From Eledone cirrhosa (Eukaryota), in the NCBI GenBank assembly GCA_964016885.1, contig OZ024742.1:311860001-311924000 (forward strand): a stretch of 64,000 bases of DNA, read 5' to 3'. Of the stretch, positions 1-13,185 are shown in pieces (within the stretch, counting starts at the first letter, position 1; each line of letters begins with the position of its first letter). The notes below the pieces were generated by a model. The model had not been told where the DNA came from and ran no database searches. It saw nothing but the letters and a program-made list of their open reading frames with translations. Position numbers and translations under genes: made by a program.

Positions 1-1751
1 ATTAAGAGATTATTGGTGGATACCGAGAAAAGGGTTGTTTTTTAAACTCGCCATTTTTCCGCAATATCTTTAATCAATTGTATCATTTTACGATATCCAA
101 TTCGATTACATATATGAATGCTTCTTTATTGAAGAGACTGTGAATGTTTGTTCTGTAGTCTTTTTTTTTACTGCAATGTAGTTGCGCAATAATTCGTAAA
201 ATTTCATTTAAAAAATAATGTTTTATCAAAGAAGATAGGTAAAAGAATTGACCCAGTAAGTAAAGTTGACCTCGGTGGAATTTGAACTCAGAGCACAGAG
301 AACCGAGACAAACTCCGAGGTATTTTTAATTCGCCGTCTTCAATAGATAACGTTTTAAGAGAATGTAGGTGGGTGGAATGACTAATTTTAATTGGTTAGC
401 AATATGTAACCATGCTTTTTGTATTTCATCCTTCTGGGATCAATAGGATAGTACGGGTGTTGATAAAGTTTTGTCGATCGATTTTCGTCAAATCGGACCA
501 AGGAAACAATGTTTCCGTTGGTCTTTCCAATTGCTAATACTATCTATAAGTCGTAACTCCAGGTAGAAGGAGCAAGGTGAAGTACCAGTTAAATACTGGT
601 GTTAATTTACTTAAATTTTCTCTTTCCTCAAATTCACAGGCCTTGTGCTTTAATTAGAAATCACGTGTCTCCTGTACACTCACCTGCAATTCAAGGGGCA
701 AGCCTTGTCGCACACTGTTGAACCTCTTCGAGAATTATGTTATGGGTGCGTGTGTCTATGGAATGCTCAGCCACTTGCACCTTAATTTCATGAGTTGACT
801 GTTCCGTTGATTGAATCAGCTAGAGCACTCATCGTCGGAAATGACGGAAGTCCAATAACAACAATAATATTATAATAGATTAACTGCTGACAAAATGATA
901 TAGTGTTACGAAAGGAGCGGCACAGACGGAACAGAAATCACATCAAAACTATCACAAAACATTTGAAATCCTTAATAATATCATAAAGTAAATAAAGTTT
1001 TATTTTTTATATGCTTTTTGGTCTGTTATTTACCCAACCAACTGAGCGACTGAGTAGATAAGAAACTGATTTCTGTCTTATACATATAGTATTAATATTA
1101 TATCACTAATAATCTTTCAGGTTATTGTTTTTTGCCTCACCGACCTGATTGCCAAGCAGTTGTGTGTATCTGATCTGGTGCACACTTACTTATAGAGGAA
1201 AGTGTATGCATGTGAGTGTCTACAGAGATGAATGTAAAAATGTGGTAATGAGATGTTGTGGCCACGGTTATAATGAAAATATGCACAAAGATCACATCGC
1301 AACCATAGGATCCCGGGTTCGATCTCACTGCCTGGCATCTTGGACAAGAATCATTTATCATAGCCTCGGTTTGACCCAAGCCATTTAAGTTAAATTAATG
1401 CAACGGCCCAGCACAACGAGGAAATGTATTGGTTTAACGTGGTATGATATGTCATGTGGTACGGTGATATGATATATAAACTTATAGATATAGAATTATT
1501 ACAAAATACCTCTTCATTTCTCATACAACATTTATGAGAAATGAAGAGGTATTTTGTAATAATTCTATATCTATAAGTTTTCAATTTGTTTACTTCCCTA
1601 CTTAACATTAATTCACAAGATAACTTTATCTCCTATCTTCACTTGTGTGTATATTTATTTCTTTAATCCTAGCAAAGTAATAAACAATCATACTATTTCT
1701 TCTTTCTCACTCTATTTATCTATATATCTGTGTGTGTGAGCGCACGCATGC

Positions 1752-1811
<60 letters not shown>

Positions 1812-1812
<1 letters not shown>

Positions 1813-2440
1813 CGCAAAGCGGGCTTTATTTAGAAACGGGTAGCGAATGTTCAAATTCTAAACGAAGCCCGCTTTGGAAACCCTTTGAATGGAAAAAAAA
1901 GGATGAGTATTGACGTACATGGGACACGAACCCATATCTTTGGTTCGCCTGACCAATGCGTTGCCATTACGCGAACACACCACCCGTGTTTCTTCCAGTC
2001 AATTAGAAGCTATATACCCATAGCAGGTATATATATGTATATGAATAGGGAGACACAAAGCGGGTTTTGTTTAGAAACGGCTAGCGAATTTGAAAATTAG
2101 GTAGTAACATGTGCTTACGCCGTATTTAACTAAATAGAATTAGTCTGTTAGTCGGGATTTAAAAAAACCCTCTGAGTGGAAAAAAGGATGAGTATTGACG
2201 TACATGGGACACGAACCCACATCTTTGGTTTGCAATTGAATGGCAGGAAGCATGGGTGGCGTGTTGGTGTAATGGTATCACATTGGTCCGGCAAACCAGA
2301 GATGTGGATTCGTGTCCCATGTACGTCAATACTCATCCTTATTTTCGTTCAGAAGTTTCTTTAAAAATCCCAACCAACAGACTGATTCTATTTAGTGAAA
2401 TACGGTGTAAGCACATGTTACTACCTATATATATAGAGAG
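1812..2440. repeat. Fold-back repeat element (partial direct plus inverted duplications)
   Basis: 1901-1945 is repeated at 2187-2230. 2095-2230 is inverted at 2295-2430. Flanked by TA/GA microsatellites. Confidence 0.7.
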
Positions 2441-2467
2441 AGGTAGATAGATAGATAGAGATATGTC

Positions 2468-2543
2468 AAATACCGACGGCGGCGTCAAGCGGTTTCGGTT
2501 TGTGTGTTCAGCCGAAACCGCTTGGCGCCGCCGTCGGTATTTT
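2468..2543. repeat. GC-rich hairpin
   Basis: aaataccgacggcggcgtcaagcggtttcgg...ccgaaaccgcttggcgccgccgtcggtattt; resembles the 3631/53893 family. Confidence 0.75.
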
Positions 2544-3117
2544 ACCCACTCTGCATCTCCCCATGCATTAAGTATTCCCATAATTAATGGTCTCCCCGGT
2601 CTTAAAACCGCAGACATTTTGTATTAATAATATATATATAAATATATATATCGTTTCTGAATTTGTTTAGCAAGATTCTTTATCTGAAAACGTGTGTTGA
2701 AACCGATATTGTTATGCTTTGGGAGGGTCATGTTGCCAATAAGAAACACACGCACCAGTTGCTTTCACTTCAATTTATTATAATTAAATTTATAAATTTA
2801 GTAATTTATAAATTTCCGGTTGGTTGGTTGGTTCCACAACCAGACGATTGTTCATATATTGTCAAAGTTATTTCGTCACACATTCTGTGACCTCTTCAGT
2901 GACTGGGGATTCTTTTCTTTTCTTTGTTTTTGTGCCTCTCCTTTGTTCTGTCCTACGCCATCTTGTTTTTGTGTTTGTTGTGTGCTTAGTTTGCGCATGT
3001 TACATCCGGGTGTCTGTGTGTGTTTATATTTGTTTATTTACATGTTACTGGTTGGTTGTTTGTTCTATGTGTGTGTGTGTTTTCATTTTGTCCTTAATTG
3101 TAAGTTGTGATGTTGCT

Positions 3118-3327
3118 ATTCCATGAATGGAATAGCGACATCACAACTTACAATTCCATGAATGGAATAGCGACATCACAACTTACAATTCCATGAATGG
3201 AATAGCGACATCACAACTTACAATTCCATGAATGGAATAGCGACATCACAACTTACAATTCCATGAATGGAATAGCAACATCACAACTTACAATTCCATG
3301 AGTGGAATAGCAACATCACAACTTACA
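3118..3327. repeat. 35-bp minisatellite, 6 copies, inside an inverted repeat
   Basis: Unit attccatgaatggaatagcgacatcacaacttaca at 3118, 3153, 3188, 3223, 3258, 3293. 3070-3124 is inverted at 3302-3358. Confidence 0.9.
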
Positions 3328-3630
3328 ATTAAGGACAAAATGAAAACACACACACACATAGATCAACTGAATATAGCCTCCGATCTTTTATTAATATATA
3401 TACTCCGACTTGCACCATGTATACAGGTCATTGAGCCATTCTTTTTACAACCGACAGACCATAATGTGGTCCGCACATCTCTGTTCTCTGTTAACCCCAT
3501 ACTCTAATACATGTATGTTAAGCAGCAGTACAAATATTGCCATTTTGCCAATCCACCACCCTCTATAATAGTAGTAGTAGTTCCAGAGTACATCAAAACT
3601 TTCTACGGCTGTACATATATATATATATAT

Positions 3631-3820
3631 GAAAATGTTTAACCCCGACGGCAGAGCTCAAGCCGTTTCGACGGCTATTTCAGTCAAGAAATAGCCATCG
3701 AAACGGCTTGAGCTCTGCCGTCGGGGTTAAACATTTTCCTATTACCCACTCTACTACCCTAAGTATTGAGTACTCTGGTGCGTTATGGTCCATCTGGTTC
3801 CTTACCACACTTCCTTCGTT
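3631..3820. mobile_element. Short fold-back element in (TA)n; family also at 51930-52010 and 53893-54094
   Basis: Shared core gaaatagccgtcgaaacggcttgagctctgccgtcggggt with an inverted partial copy; all copies flanked by TA repeats. Confidence 0.7.
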
Positions 3821-4013
3821 ATATATATATATATATATAAATGGAATAGAATGAAACGAAATTTCATTTCTCACTCTTAGTATCGGTTTACGTATCGGTT
3901 TACCGAACATTTATTATAATGCTCGGTTTGTTTGTAAACAAACAAACAGCCCGAATTACGCCGTACAGTGTTTAGGCAACCACGTCACCTTTTTGTTCAA
4001 CACTGACACAGGA

Positions 4014-4056
4014 ACGATGTACTAGTTTCAAGCTTATTAGCTATCGTCAACATCGT
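4014..4056 (-). ncRNA. Minimal type-I hammerhead ribozyme (U3 variant)
   Basis: Minus strand: acgatg TTGACGA tagct-aata-agctt GAAA ctag TA catcgt. Stem I is a perfect 6 bp, stem III is palindromic, C3 is replaced by U. Confidence 0.6.
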
Positions 4057-4224
4057 ATACCTTCCTGCCAGATGGTTGTTTGTTTACAAACAAACCGAGC
4101 ATTATAATAAATGTTCGGTAAACCGATACGTGCATATATATGTGTGTGCATGTATCTATATATATACATACTACTGTACGTCTGTATACATATATGTATG
4201 TACGTATACATACATACTTACATT

Positions 4225-4313
<89 letters not shown>

Positions 4314-4599
4314 TCTCTTCAGACAGTTAAAAGCAAGACATAGAAAACAAAGTTTATCTTGGAAAATAATATCAGAGAAAAATAAAGTTTTTAACAGTTA
4401 TTTTCACTTGTTGATATTTTCACTGTTGAGTTGTGGCTATTACCGAAATATATATATAACGGTAATAAAAGAAGTAAATTATGAAATGTCTTATACCTCT
4501 TGTTTATAAATTTACTCTGAAGTTAACAGACCCTCTTTTGGACTTCGTTGAGTGCTCTACCCTACATACTGAAGCGTTGGTGTTAAACTAACACATTGG

Positions 4600-4978
4600 A
4601 TAAGTATATTTCATTTTAATCAAAGGATTCCCCGGGGGCACAAACCTCCACTGAAAATGTTTTCCCTTCGATTTATATGAAATTTAAACCATAGGTAAAT
4701 GACAAGATATGATGCCTATTCACAAAAGTTTTGAATTGATATTTTGAAAAAATTATTTACAAGAAACAAAATAAGAATAAGATTTAATAATGTAATTTTG
4801 ATGTATTACAAAAAGTAATGATTTCCAATTTTTCATGCATTACATTTTACGTTGAGTAATATTGAAATGCAGAGTTTTTCTCCATAAATGATATCACTGA
4901 TTTAAAATCAATCATCATTTTCTTACAAAAAAAAAAAAAAAATGTGTGAAACGCTGCAAGGCGCGGGTAATTCGGCTA

Positions 4979-4979
<1 letters not shown>
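4600..4979 (+). mobile_element. Probable non-autonomous Helitron 3' portion
   Basis: Weak GC hairpin (cgctgcaaggcgcgg) then CTAG at 4976-4979 followed by T. 5' end uncertain. Confidence 0.4.
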
Positions 4980-5064
<85 letters not shown>

Positions 5065-5447
5065 GTGTCGGGGCCCAACGGTAAGAGTCCAGCCGTCGGG
5101 TCCCGATTCTACCCCCCCCCCCCCACTCTCTTCTCCCGCTCTGTCTCTATATATATATGTGTGTGTGCATGATCCAATAAGGAAATCACTATTATTTTGT
5201 CCTTAATGATGTATCAATGTATGTATGCATGTATGTATGACTGCATGTATGTATCTACGTATATATGTATGTGTGTGTGTATGTATGTATGTACGTATAT
5301 ATGCATGTATGTGTGAATGCATGTATGTACGTATGTATGTGTGAATGCATGCATGTACGTATGTATGTTTCTCTTTCTCTTAATTTCGAGTACACTTTTG
5401 ACCGGCCACCTTCCCGGTGGCAAGGGTGTAAAAGAAAAGAAAAATTG

Positions 5448-6885
5448 TCATTTCTTGAATGGCAAGAATGTTTTGCAAATTTTGAAGTTGTTAGCTGTCG
5501 CAGCCATTCGTAGTCTATGAATTAGGGAGCTGCGCTCTTTGTCCACAAATCCAAGTTCAGTTATACTCTGGCCCAAGCGGGTAGCTCCAATAATGATGAG
5601 TATGAAGCTGAAGGTGTATCTTGGATACTGAATCTGCAAACTCCTCATCACTGGTCCTCATCAATGGTCCTTCTCTTGCATTTTTCTTAGAACGTTGACA
5701 ATGGAGCACATTTTCAATGTGTAGTCCCAAACAACAATATCAGGCCGGTTGTGCTTTAATTTGGTGGCAGTTTTTATTTTCAGGCTCTACCAAATATTCT
5801 TTAGTGTCATCTATCTCAACATATTCCTCCTCATTTGTTTTTAATTTTGTTTTCCTAAGTGCGCTCCAGATGGTTCTAGCTATCACATCGTGTCTCATGG
5901 GGAGGTAGTAGCGAGACGAGATTCTTTCGCAGTTGGCAACAATGTGGCTAACATCTTCGATCTTTGTTTTACGAGTCTACATTTATTGTCGACTGATGGC
6001 CCTACTCTTTTGTGTAGCAGACATTTACTAGGATTTCTTGTTCCTGTATTGCATAGAGATATTGTTCAAGGTGGGATATCATAAACTTGTCGGAACTCCA
6101 TGCCAGGCGTTTTGAATGATTTATCCCTTCTATGGTCTGTGTTTTTCGTCTCAGGTATCCATGCACAACTTTCTCTGTAAATTGATCCATTTTTTTAATC
6201 TTGTTCGAACAGTGAATAGGATCTTCCAATTTCCTTGGGAGAGAGATTTATATCAGGCCCTATTCCATATCTCTCCGCCAGATCAGTGGCTATCCTAATG
6301 ATATTATTTCCTTCATGATCATAGACCTGGGAAAGATGGTTGCCAACCTTTTTCATCTGTTGAAGATGTTGCTTCAGTGTTACTATCTGAGTCTCGTATG
6401 ATGTTAATATGGATTTTAGACCGCGGCTACCTGCCTTGCGCGAGAAGTATAGCCTATCCACATCACCATTGATGTTAAAGTTTCCAGGAACACTGAGAAG
6501 CTTGCGAGTTCTTACATCCATCTCACTTAGTTCTTGCAATGACCAGTTCAGTAGACCAAATGTTGGCGTTAGGATTGACACAGCATAAGTATTGTGGGCA
6601 ATGTACGCTGATAGTTCTGATAACCATATTTTCTTTACTCTCCTGAGGTATTCAGTTCTGGTTCTCTCCTTATTTATGAGTCCATCATATCTGACATTCT
6701 CATCCTGTCCAAGATATCTGTAATTGTCACCTTCCACATTTGGACTCACCAAATTTCATTCTGATGTCTGCATAAAATTGTGTAATGAGGTCCAATTGTT
6801 TTTTTAATATAGTTGATATTTGGCCCATACAACTTCAGGTCATCAACAAAGAAAAGATGGGAGATACTTCTGGACCCACTTCCAT
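5448..6885 (-). mobile_element. Degenerate R4/Dong-like non-LTR retrotransposon (RT 3' half plus RLE remnant)
   Basis: HLFFVDDLKLY, YRYLG, DVDRLY..R..G.RGL, AIQEQEI, IIIGA motifs across frameshifted ORFs. Confidence 0.8.
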
Positions 6886-6902
6886 GTATGTATGTATGTA
6901 GG

Positions 6903-6936
<34 letters not shown>

Positions 6937-7687
6937 TGTATGTATGTATGTATGTATGTATGTACGTATGTACGTATGTATGTATGTACGTATGTACGTA
7001 TGTATGTATGTACGTATGTACGTATGCATATATGTACGTATGTATGTATATATGTACGTATGTATGTATATATGTACGTATGTATGTACGTATGTATGTA
7101 CGTATGTATGTACGTATGCATGTATGTGTGTATGTATATATGTATACAATACAGGTACAATACAAACATAGAAATGCTAATATTCGTTATCTATGTACGC
7201 GCGCTCGTGTGAACATGCTTGTATGCATGTGCATATGCCTGTCTGTGTGTAGCTTTGTATATATGTATGTGTATGCCATATATCTATAGATGGGTCTGTG
7301 TAATGGGGTCTTAAAGATAAGATTAAAGATTAAAGACATCAATGAGACCATTTCATTGGCTGAAATTAACCACTATTAACCACTGTCATTGGCTGAAATT
7401 AACCACTATCTCCTCACAGATATATTTCGACGTTATAAAACTAGAGTATTTAGACTCATATGCCATTTGCGAAGATGACAATTCGAGGTAAGCACACAGT
7501 TTTCTTAATCATACACTAATTATTATATTTCTCATAAACTCATCAATATTTTTATGCATACATCCATGGTTCCTTAAAAACTGGTAAAGCCATAGGGGCA
7601 ACATCATGACATTTAGACTTGGCGGAGCTCATCCCTTTCTTATCGATTTCTTCCAGGAAGAGATAGGGGGAATATATATATATATAT

Positions 7688-7965
7688 TGGCCTAGTGGCC
7701 TAGTGGTAAGGGTTTTGGACTTACGAACATAATGCCGTGAGTTAGATTCCTGGGTTGCGTGTTGTGTTCTTGAGCAAAACGCTTTATTTAACGTTGCTCC
7801 AGTATACTCAGCTGAAAATAAGTACCAGCAGTAGCTGGAGGTTTAACCCTGCGATGGACTGGCGTCCTGTCCAGGGATGGGGTCTCGTCTCTCAGTCGCT
7901 TAACGCCAGGAAACCGGGATAAGCACCGGCCAAATGAGCTTTCTGGCTTAAGACAGACTTTAAAC
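7688..7965 (+). mobile_element. tRNA-derived SINE (second family)
   Basis: A-box tggcctagtggtaa, degenerate B-box, conserved gtgttcttgagcaaaac body. Related copy near 47450-47690. Confidence 0.65.
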
Positions 7966-8070
7966 TTATATATATATATATTAAATGAGTTTTTGTGTGG
8001 TTAATTTATACTGATTGGGAGAGGAAATACTGTATATATTTTATCTAATGATTATTTGGACTTACATATA

Positions 8071-8105
<35 letters not shown>

Positions 8106-8262
8106 TGGAATAAATGCTCTGAAATAGCGATATATATGTGAATATAGACATAGAATATTCGAAAATATTCTGTATGTTTATAATAAACATTTTGAAGACC
8201 TAATCGCTATAGAATAGAATACGTCACGTATTACAATTAGATTCTCGATAAAAGCAAGGGAA

Positions 8263-8305
8263 GTAATCTACGCGTTTCATTCTTATTAGAAATCTTCAGG
8301 ACTAC
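8263..8305 (-). ncRNA. Minimal type-I hammerhead ribozyme, repeated every 310 bp (8573, 8883, 9193, 9503, 9813)
   Basis: Minus strand: GUAGUC CUGAAGA UUUCU-AAUA-AGAAU GAAA CGCG UA/GAUUAC. A 16-bp inverted repeat attctcgataaaagca/tgcttttatcgagaat extends stem I. Confidence 0.85.
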
Positions 8306-10126
8306 ATATCCAGTGCTTTTATCGAGAATGATACAGCTAGAGACTTATAGAATACTTAGCTGTGTACAGGAACTGGTTTGAAAGAGCGGTTGCCGGTCCG
8401 GCAGAAATTAGAAATTGGAATAAATGCTCTGAAATAGCGATATATATGTGAATATAGACATAGAATATTCGAAAATATTCTGTATGTTTATAATAAACAT
8501 TTTGAAGACCTAATCGCTATAGAATAGAATACGTCACGTATTACAATTAGATTCTCGATAAAAGCAAGGGAAGTAATCTACGCGTTTCATTCTTATTAGA
8601 AATCTTCAGGACTACATATCCAGTGCTTTTATCGAGAATGACACAGCTAGAGACTTATAGAATACTTAGCTGTGTACAGGAACTGGTTTGAAAGAGCGGT
8701 TGCCGGTCCGGCAGAAATTAGAAATTGGAATAAATGCTCTGAAATAGCGATATATATGTGAATATAGACATAGAATATTCGAAAATATTCTGTATGTTTA
8801 TAATAAACATTTTGAAGACCTAATCGCTATAGAATAGAATACGTCACGTATTACAATTAGATTCTCGATAAAAGCAAGGGAAGTAATCTACGCGTTTCAT
8901 TCTTATTAGAAATCTTCAGGACTACATATCCAGTGCTTTTATCGAGAATGACACAGCTAGAGACTTATAGAATACTTAGCTGTGTACAGGAACTGGTTTG
9001 AAAGAGCGGTTGCCGGTCCGGCAGAAATTAGAAATTGGAATAAATGCTCTGAAATAGCGATATATATGTGAATATAGACATAGAATATTCGAAAATATTC
9101 TGTATGTTTATAATAAACATTTTGAAGACCTAATCGCTATAGAATAGAATACGTCACGTATTACAATTAGATTCTCGATAAAAGCAAGGGAAGTAATCTA
9201 CGCGTTTCATTCTTATTAGAAATCTTCAGGACTACATATCCAGTGCTTTTATCGAGAATGACACAGCTAGAGACTTATAGAATACTTAGCTGTGTACAGG
9301 AACTGGTTTGAAAGAGCGGTTGCCGGTCCGGCAGAAATTAGAAATTGGAATAAATGCTCTGAAATACCGATATATATGTGAATATAGACATAGAATATTC
9401 GAAAATATTCTGTATGTTTATAATAAACATTTTGAAGACCTAATCGCTATAGAATAGAATACGTCACGTATTACAATTAGATTCTCGATAAAAGCAAGGG
9501 AAGTAATCTACGCGTTTCATTCTTATTAGAAATCTTCAGGACTACATATCCAGTGCTTTTATCGAGAATGACACAGCTAGAGACTTATAGAATACTTAGC
9601 TGTGTACAGGAACTGGTTTGAAAGAGCGGTTGCCGGTCCGGCAGAAATTAGAAATTGGAATAAATGCTCTGAAATAGCGATATATATGTGAATATAGACA
9701 TAGAATATTCGAAAATATTCTGTATGTTTATAATAAACATTTTGAAGACCTAATCGCTATAGAATAGAATACGTCACGTATTACAATTAGATTCTCGATA
9801 AAAGCAAGGGAAGTAATCTACGCGTTTCATTCTTATTAGAAATCTTCAGGACTACATATCCAGTGCTTTTATCGAGAATGACACAGCTAGAGACTTATAG
9901 AATACTTAGCTGTGTACAGGAACTGGTTTGAAAGAGCGGTTGCCGGTCCGGCAGAAATTAGAAATTGGAATAAATGCTATTCACATATATATCGCTATTT
10001 CAGAGCATTTATTCCAATTTCTAATTTCTGCCGGACCGGCAACCGCTCTTTCAAACCAGTTCCTGTACACAGCTAAGTATTCTATAAGTCTCTAGCTGTG
10101 TCATTCTCGATAAAAGCACTGGATAT

Positions 10127-10169
10127 GTAGTCCTGAAGATTTCTAATAAGAATGAAACGCGTAGATTAC
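10127..10169 (+). ncRNA. Minimal type-I hammerhead ribozyme (inverted unit)
   Basis: gtagtc CTGAAGA tttctaataagaat GAAA cgcg TA gattac; predicted cleavage after A10163. Confidence 0.85.
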
Positions 10170-10304
10170 TTCCCTTGCTTTTATCGAGAATCTAATTGTA
10201 ATACGTGACGTATTCTATTCTATAGCGATTAGGTCTTCAAAATGTTTATTATAAACATACAGAATATTTTCGAATATTCTATGTCTATATATATATATAT
10301 ATAT

Positions 10305-11125
10305 AAAAGTTTAAGCAAAGAATCGCTGCTTTCACCCTTAATGGGATCTTCTGAAACTAAAAAAAATCAATCTGTGAACGCAGAAGTGAATATTTGGAAA
10401 AACGTTGCAACCGAAGGAAAACAGGGAGACAATACTTTGGTTCGTGAAGACGTTCCCTGGCAATGAACGGAAAAAAGCGAAGATAATACGTCGTTATGTG
10501 GTGCGATGAGAACAAATACACGCAAAGACAAAGCCACGTTTATGGTATAAATGGTGTCATTAGACTAATATTCTATTTAGGAAACCGAATGATTCTCGGT
10601 TTCGGAGTTAAGAATAATGTAAATAAATTAGTAGAACGAAAATGACAAAGGTTATTAAAATCATAAAAGTAATAATAATAGAATATATACATACACACAT
10701 CTAAGTACGTACATACACGTGCATACGCGAAAACACACGCCATGCATGCATATACACAAACGTACACATAAACACGCGCACACATACATAAACCGGCGCG
10801 ACACGTATACCCGCACACATACAAACGTATGCACCAAATACACATATAAATATGTGTGTGTGTATATATATATAATTATATATACATATAATTATATATA
10901 CATATATAAATATACACGCATAAATGCGTATATAACGCACACAGACACACATACCTACAGGTAAATACACATATGTTCACCAAATGTATATATACCTAGA
11001 CCCTATGTACACATATACACACCATACATACGTGCAAACACACATACACACTCATGCATACCCATAAATACACATATACAAAACATACAACAACTCATAC
11101 ACTTACCCAACGATAATCCATATAT
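10305..11125 (-). mobile_element. Penelope-like element 3' non-coding fragment
   Basis: Reverse complement matches 17900-18840 and 50500-51540. Confidence 0.75.
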
Positions 11126-11427
11126 ATATATATATATATCCACTTTTCTAAAAAATAAATCATACACAAAACGCCAGCACCAACAGTTTTGCAAGAGATG
11201 TCAACATGAATGGACCTGTTATTTTTATCTAAAGACATTTTTTCCAATTCTATCCCGCCCGTCCCCTCAATCTATCTTATGTCTCATTCTTTATTCTGAT
11301 GAAGGACTAGCGTCAGAAACGTTAAGTCCCTCTTCCTGCTATATCAAGCGTTAACCTAATTTATCCCTTCCATATACTGTACCGATTGTGTTGTTATTTC
11401 TGTTTACCTTTTACATATATATATATA

Positions 11428-12317
11428 CTAGCAGCAGTACCCAGCGTTGCTTGGGTAGGTAAAATAATATCTGCTTTGATGAAAAGGTGTTGATCTTAGC
11501 GACTGCGAGTTTCTTGAAAATCGGTCGTAAGGTGTAGCAAATGGCGAAATGTTGAGTGAAATCGTATGGAATATGTGGGAGGTGGAAAAAATCGTCCCTG
11601 AACAAAAAATGCAAAGTGTAAAGCTACTATAAGATGTGCAATGATAGGTTCTATCGTAGTATAAAAGTTGAACCAAATAAATTGATTTATGTGTGAGGTG
11701 GAGCCGAAGTTTCGAATTTGAACGAAATCGGTTGAAAAATGTGGGAGCTAGAGCCGAAAAGGCGGAAATTTGAGCGAAAAAGTGGTATTTTCGAATATTT
11801 GAGCGGCTTCCACGCATTTCCTGAACAAAAATTCGAAAATGTAATGCCACTTTAAGACGTAAAATAATCAGATCTGGCGTAGTGTAAATTTTGAACAAAG
11901 TAGGTTGATTAATGTGGGAGCTAGAGCCGAAAAAGTGGAAATTTGAGTCTAAAAGTGGTATTTTTGAATATTTAAGCGGCTGCCACGCCGTCCCTGAACA
12001 ACAAATGCAAATTATAAAGCCATTAAAGGATGTGCAATGATAAATTCTATTTTGCTTTAAAATTTGAACGAAATCCGTGGCAAAATGTGGGAGCTAGAGC
12101 CAAAAATCTTATTTTTCGTTACCTAAAAAAAGGTGACCTCCCTATCGATTTTTATCTGCAGAATGACCCCGGAATAAAAAAAAAACGATACGCTGATATA
12201 TAGAAAACACTCCTCGATGACTAATCTATGAGACTCTAAAATTTCATGAAAATCGGTCGTAAGATGTAGGCCCCTATAGGTAATACACAGACACACAGAC
12301 ACACACATACTTAATTT

Positions 12318-12325
<8 letters not shown>
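11428..12325 (-). mobile_element. Non-autonomous Helitron with ~172-bp internal repeats
   Basis: CTAG at 11428-11431 next to hairpin tacccagcgttgcttgggta. aatgtgggagctagagcc repeated at ~11739, 11911, 12084. Confidence 0.65.
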
Positions 12326-12381
<56 letters not shown>

Positions 12382-12556
12382 CATACACATACACATATAC
12401 ACACATATACATATATACATATATACATATATACTTATACATACGTACACGCATACATACATATACATAAACACCCACATATGGATTATCGGAGGGTAAG
12501 TGCATGAGTAGTTGTGTTTTGTATATGTGTATTTATAGGTATCTTCGCATTTATTA

Positions 12557-13185
<629 letters not shown>

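Larger units (their letters stand above)
8102..10290. mobile_element. 310-bp hammerhead-containing tandem array (6 units) plus one inverted unit; candidate non-LTR retrozyme or Penelope pLTR array
   Basis: Units start 8102, 8412, 8722, 9032, 9342, 9652. Inversion junction 9978/9979, inverted unit 9979-10290. (TA)n on both flanks. Units nearly identical. Confidence 0.9.

Noticed and set aside
1121-1388. Cys-rich ORF after a possible acceptor
   Set aside because: Reading frames are inconsistent, it runs into a SINE-like B-box, and no recognisable domain or donor is present.
3118-3327. CRISPR-like 35-bp palindromic repeats
   Set aside because: No spacers, no cas genes, eukaryotic context.
11290-11330. 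CTGATGA...GAAAC core (similar one at 52190-52228, minus strand)
   Set aside because: Stem I/III pairing is unconvincing; probably decayed hammerheads.
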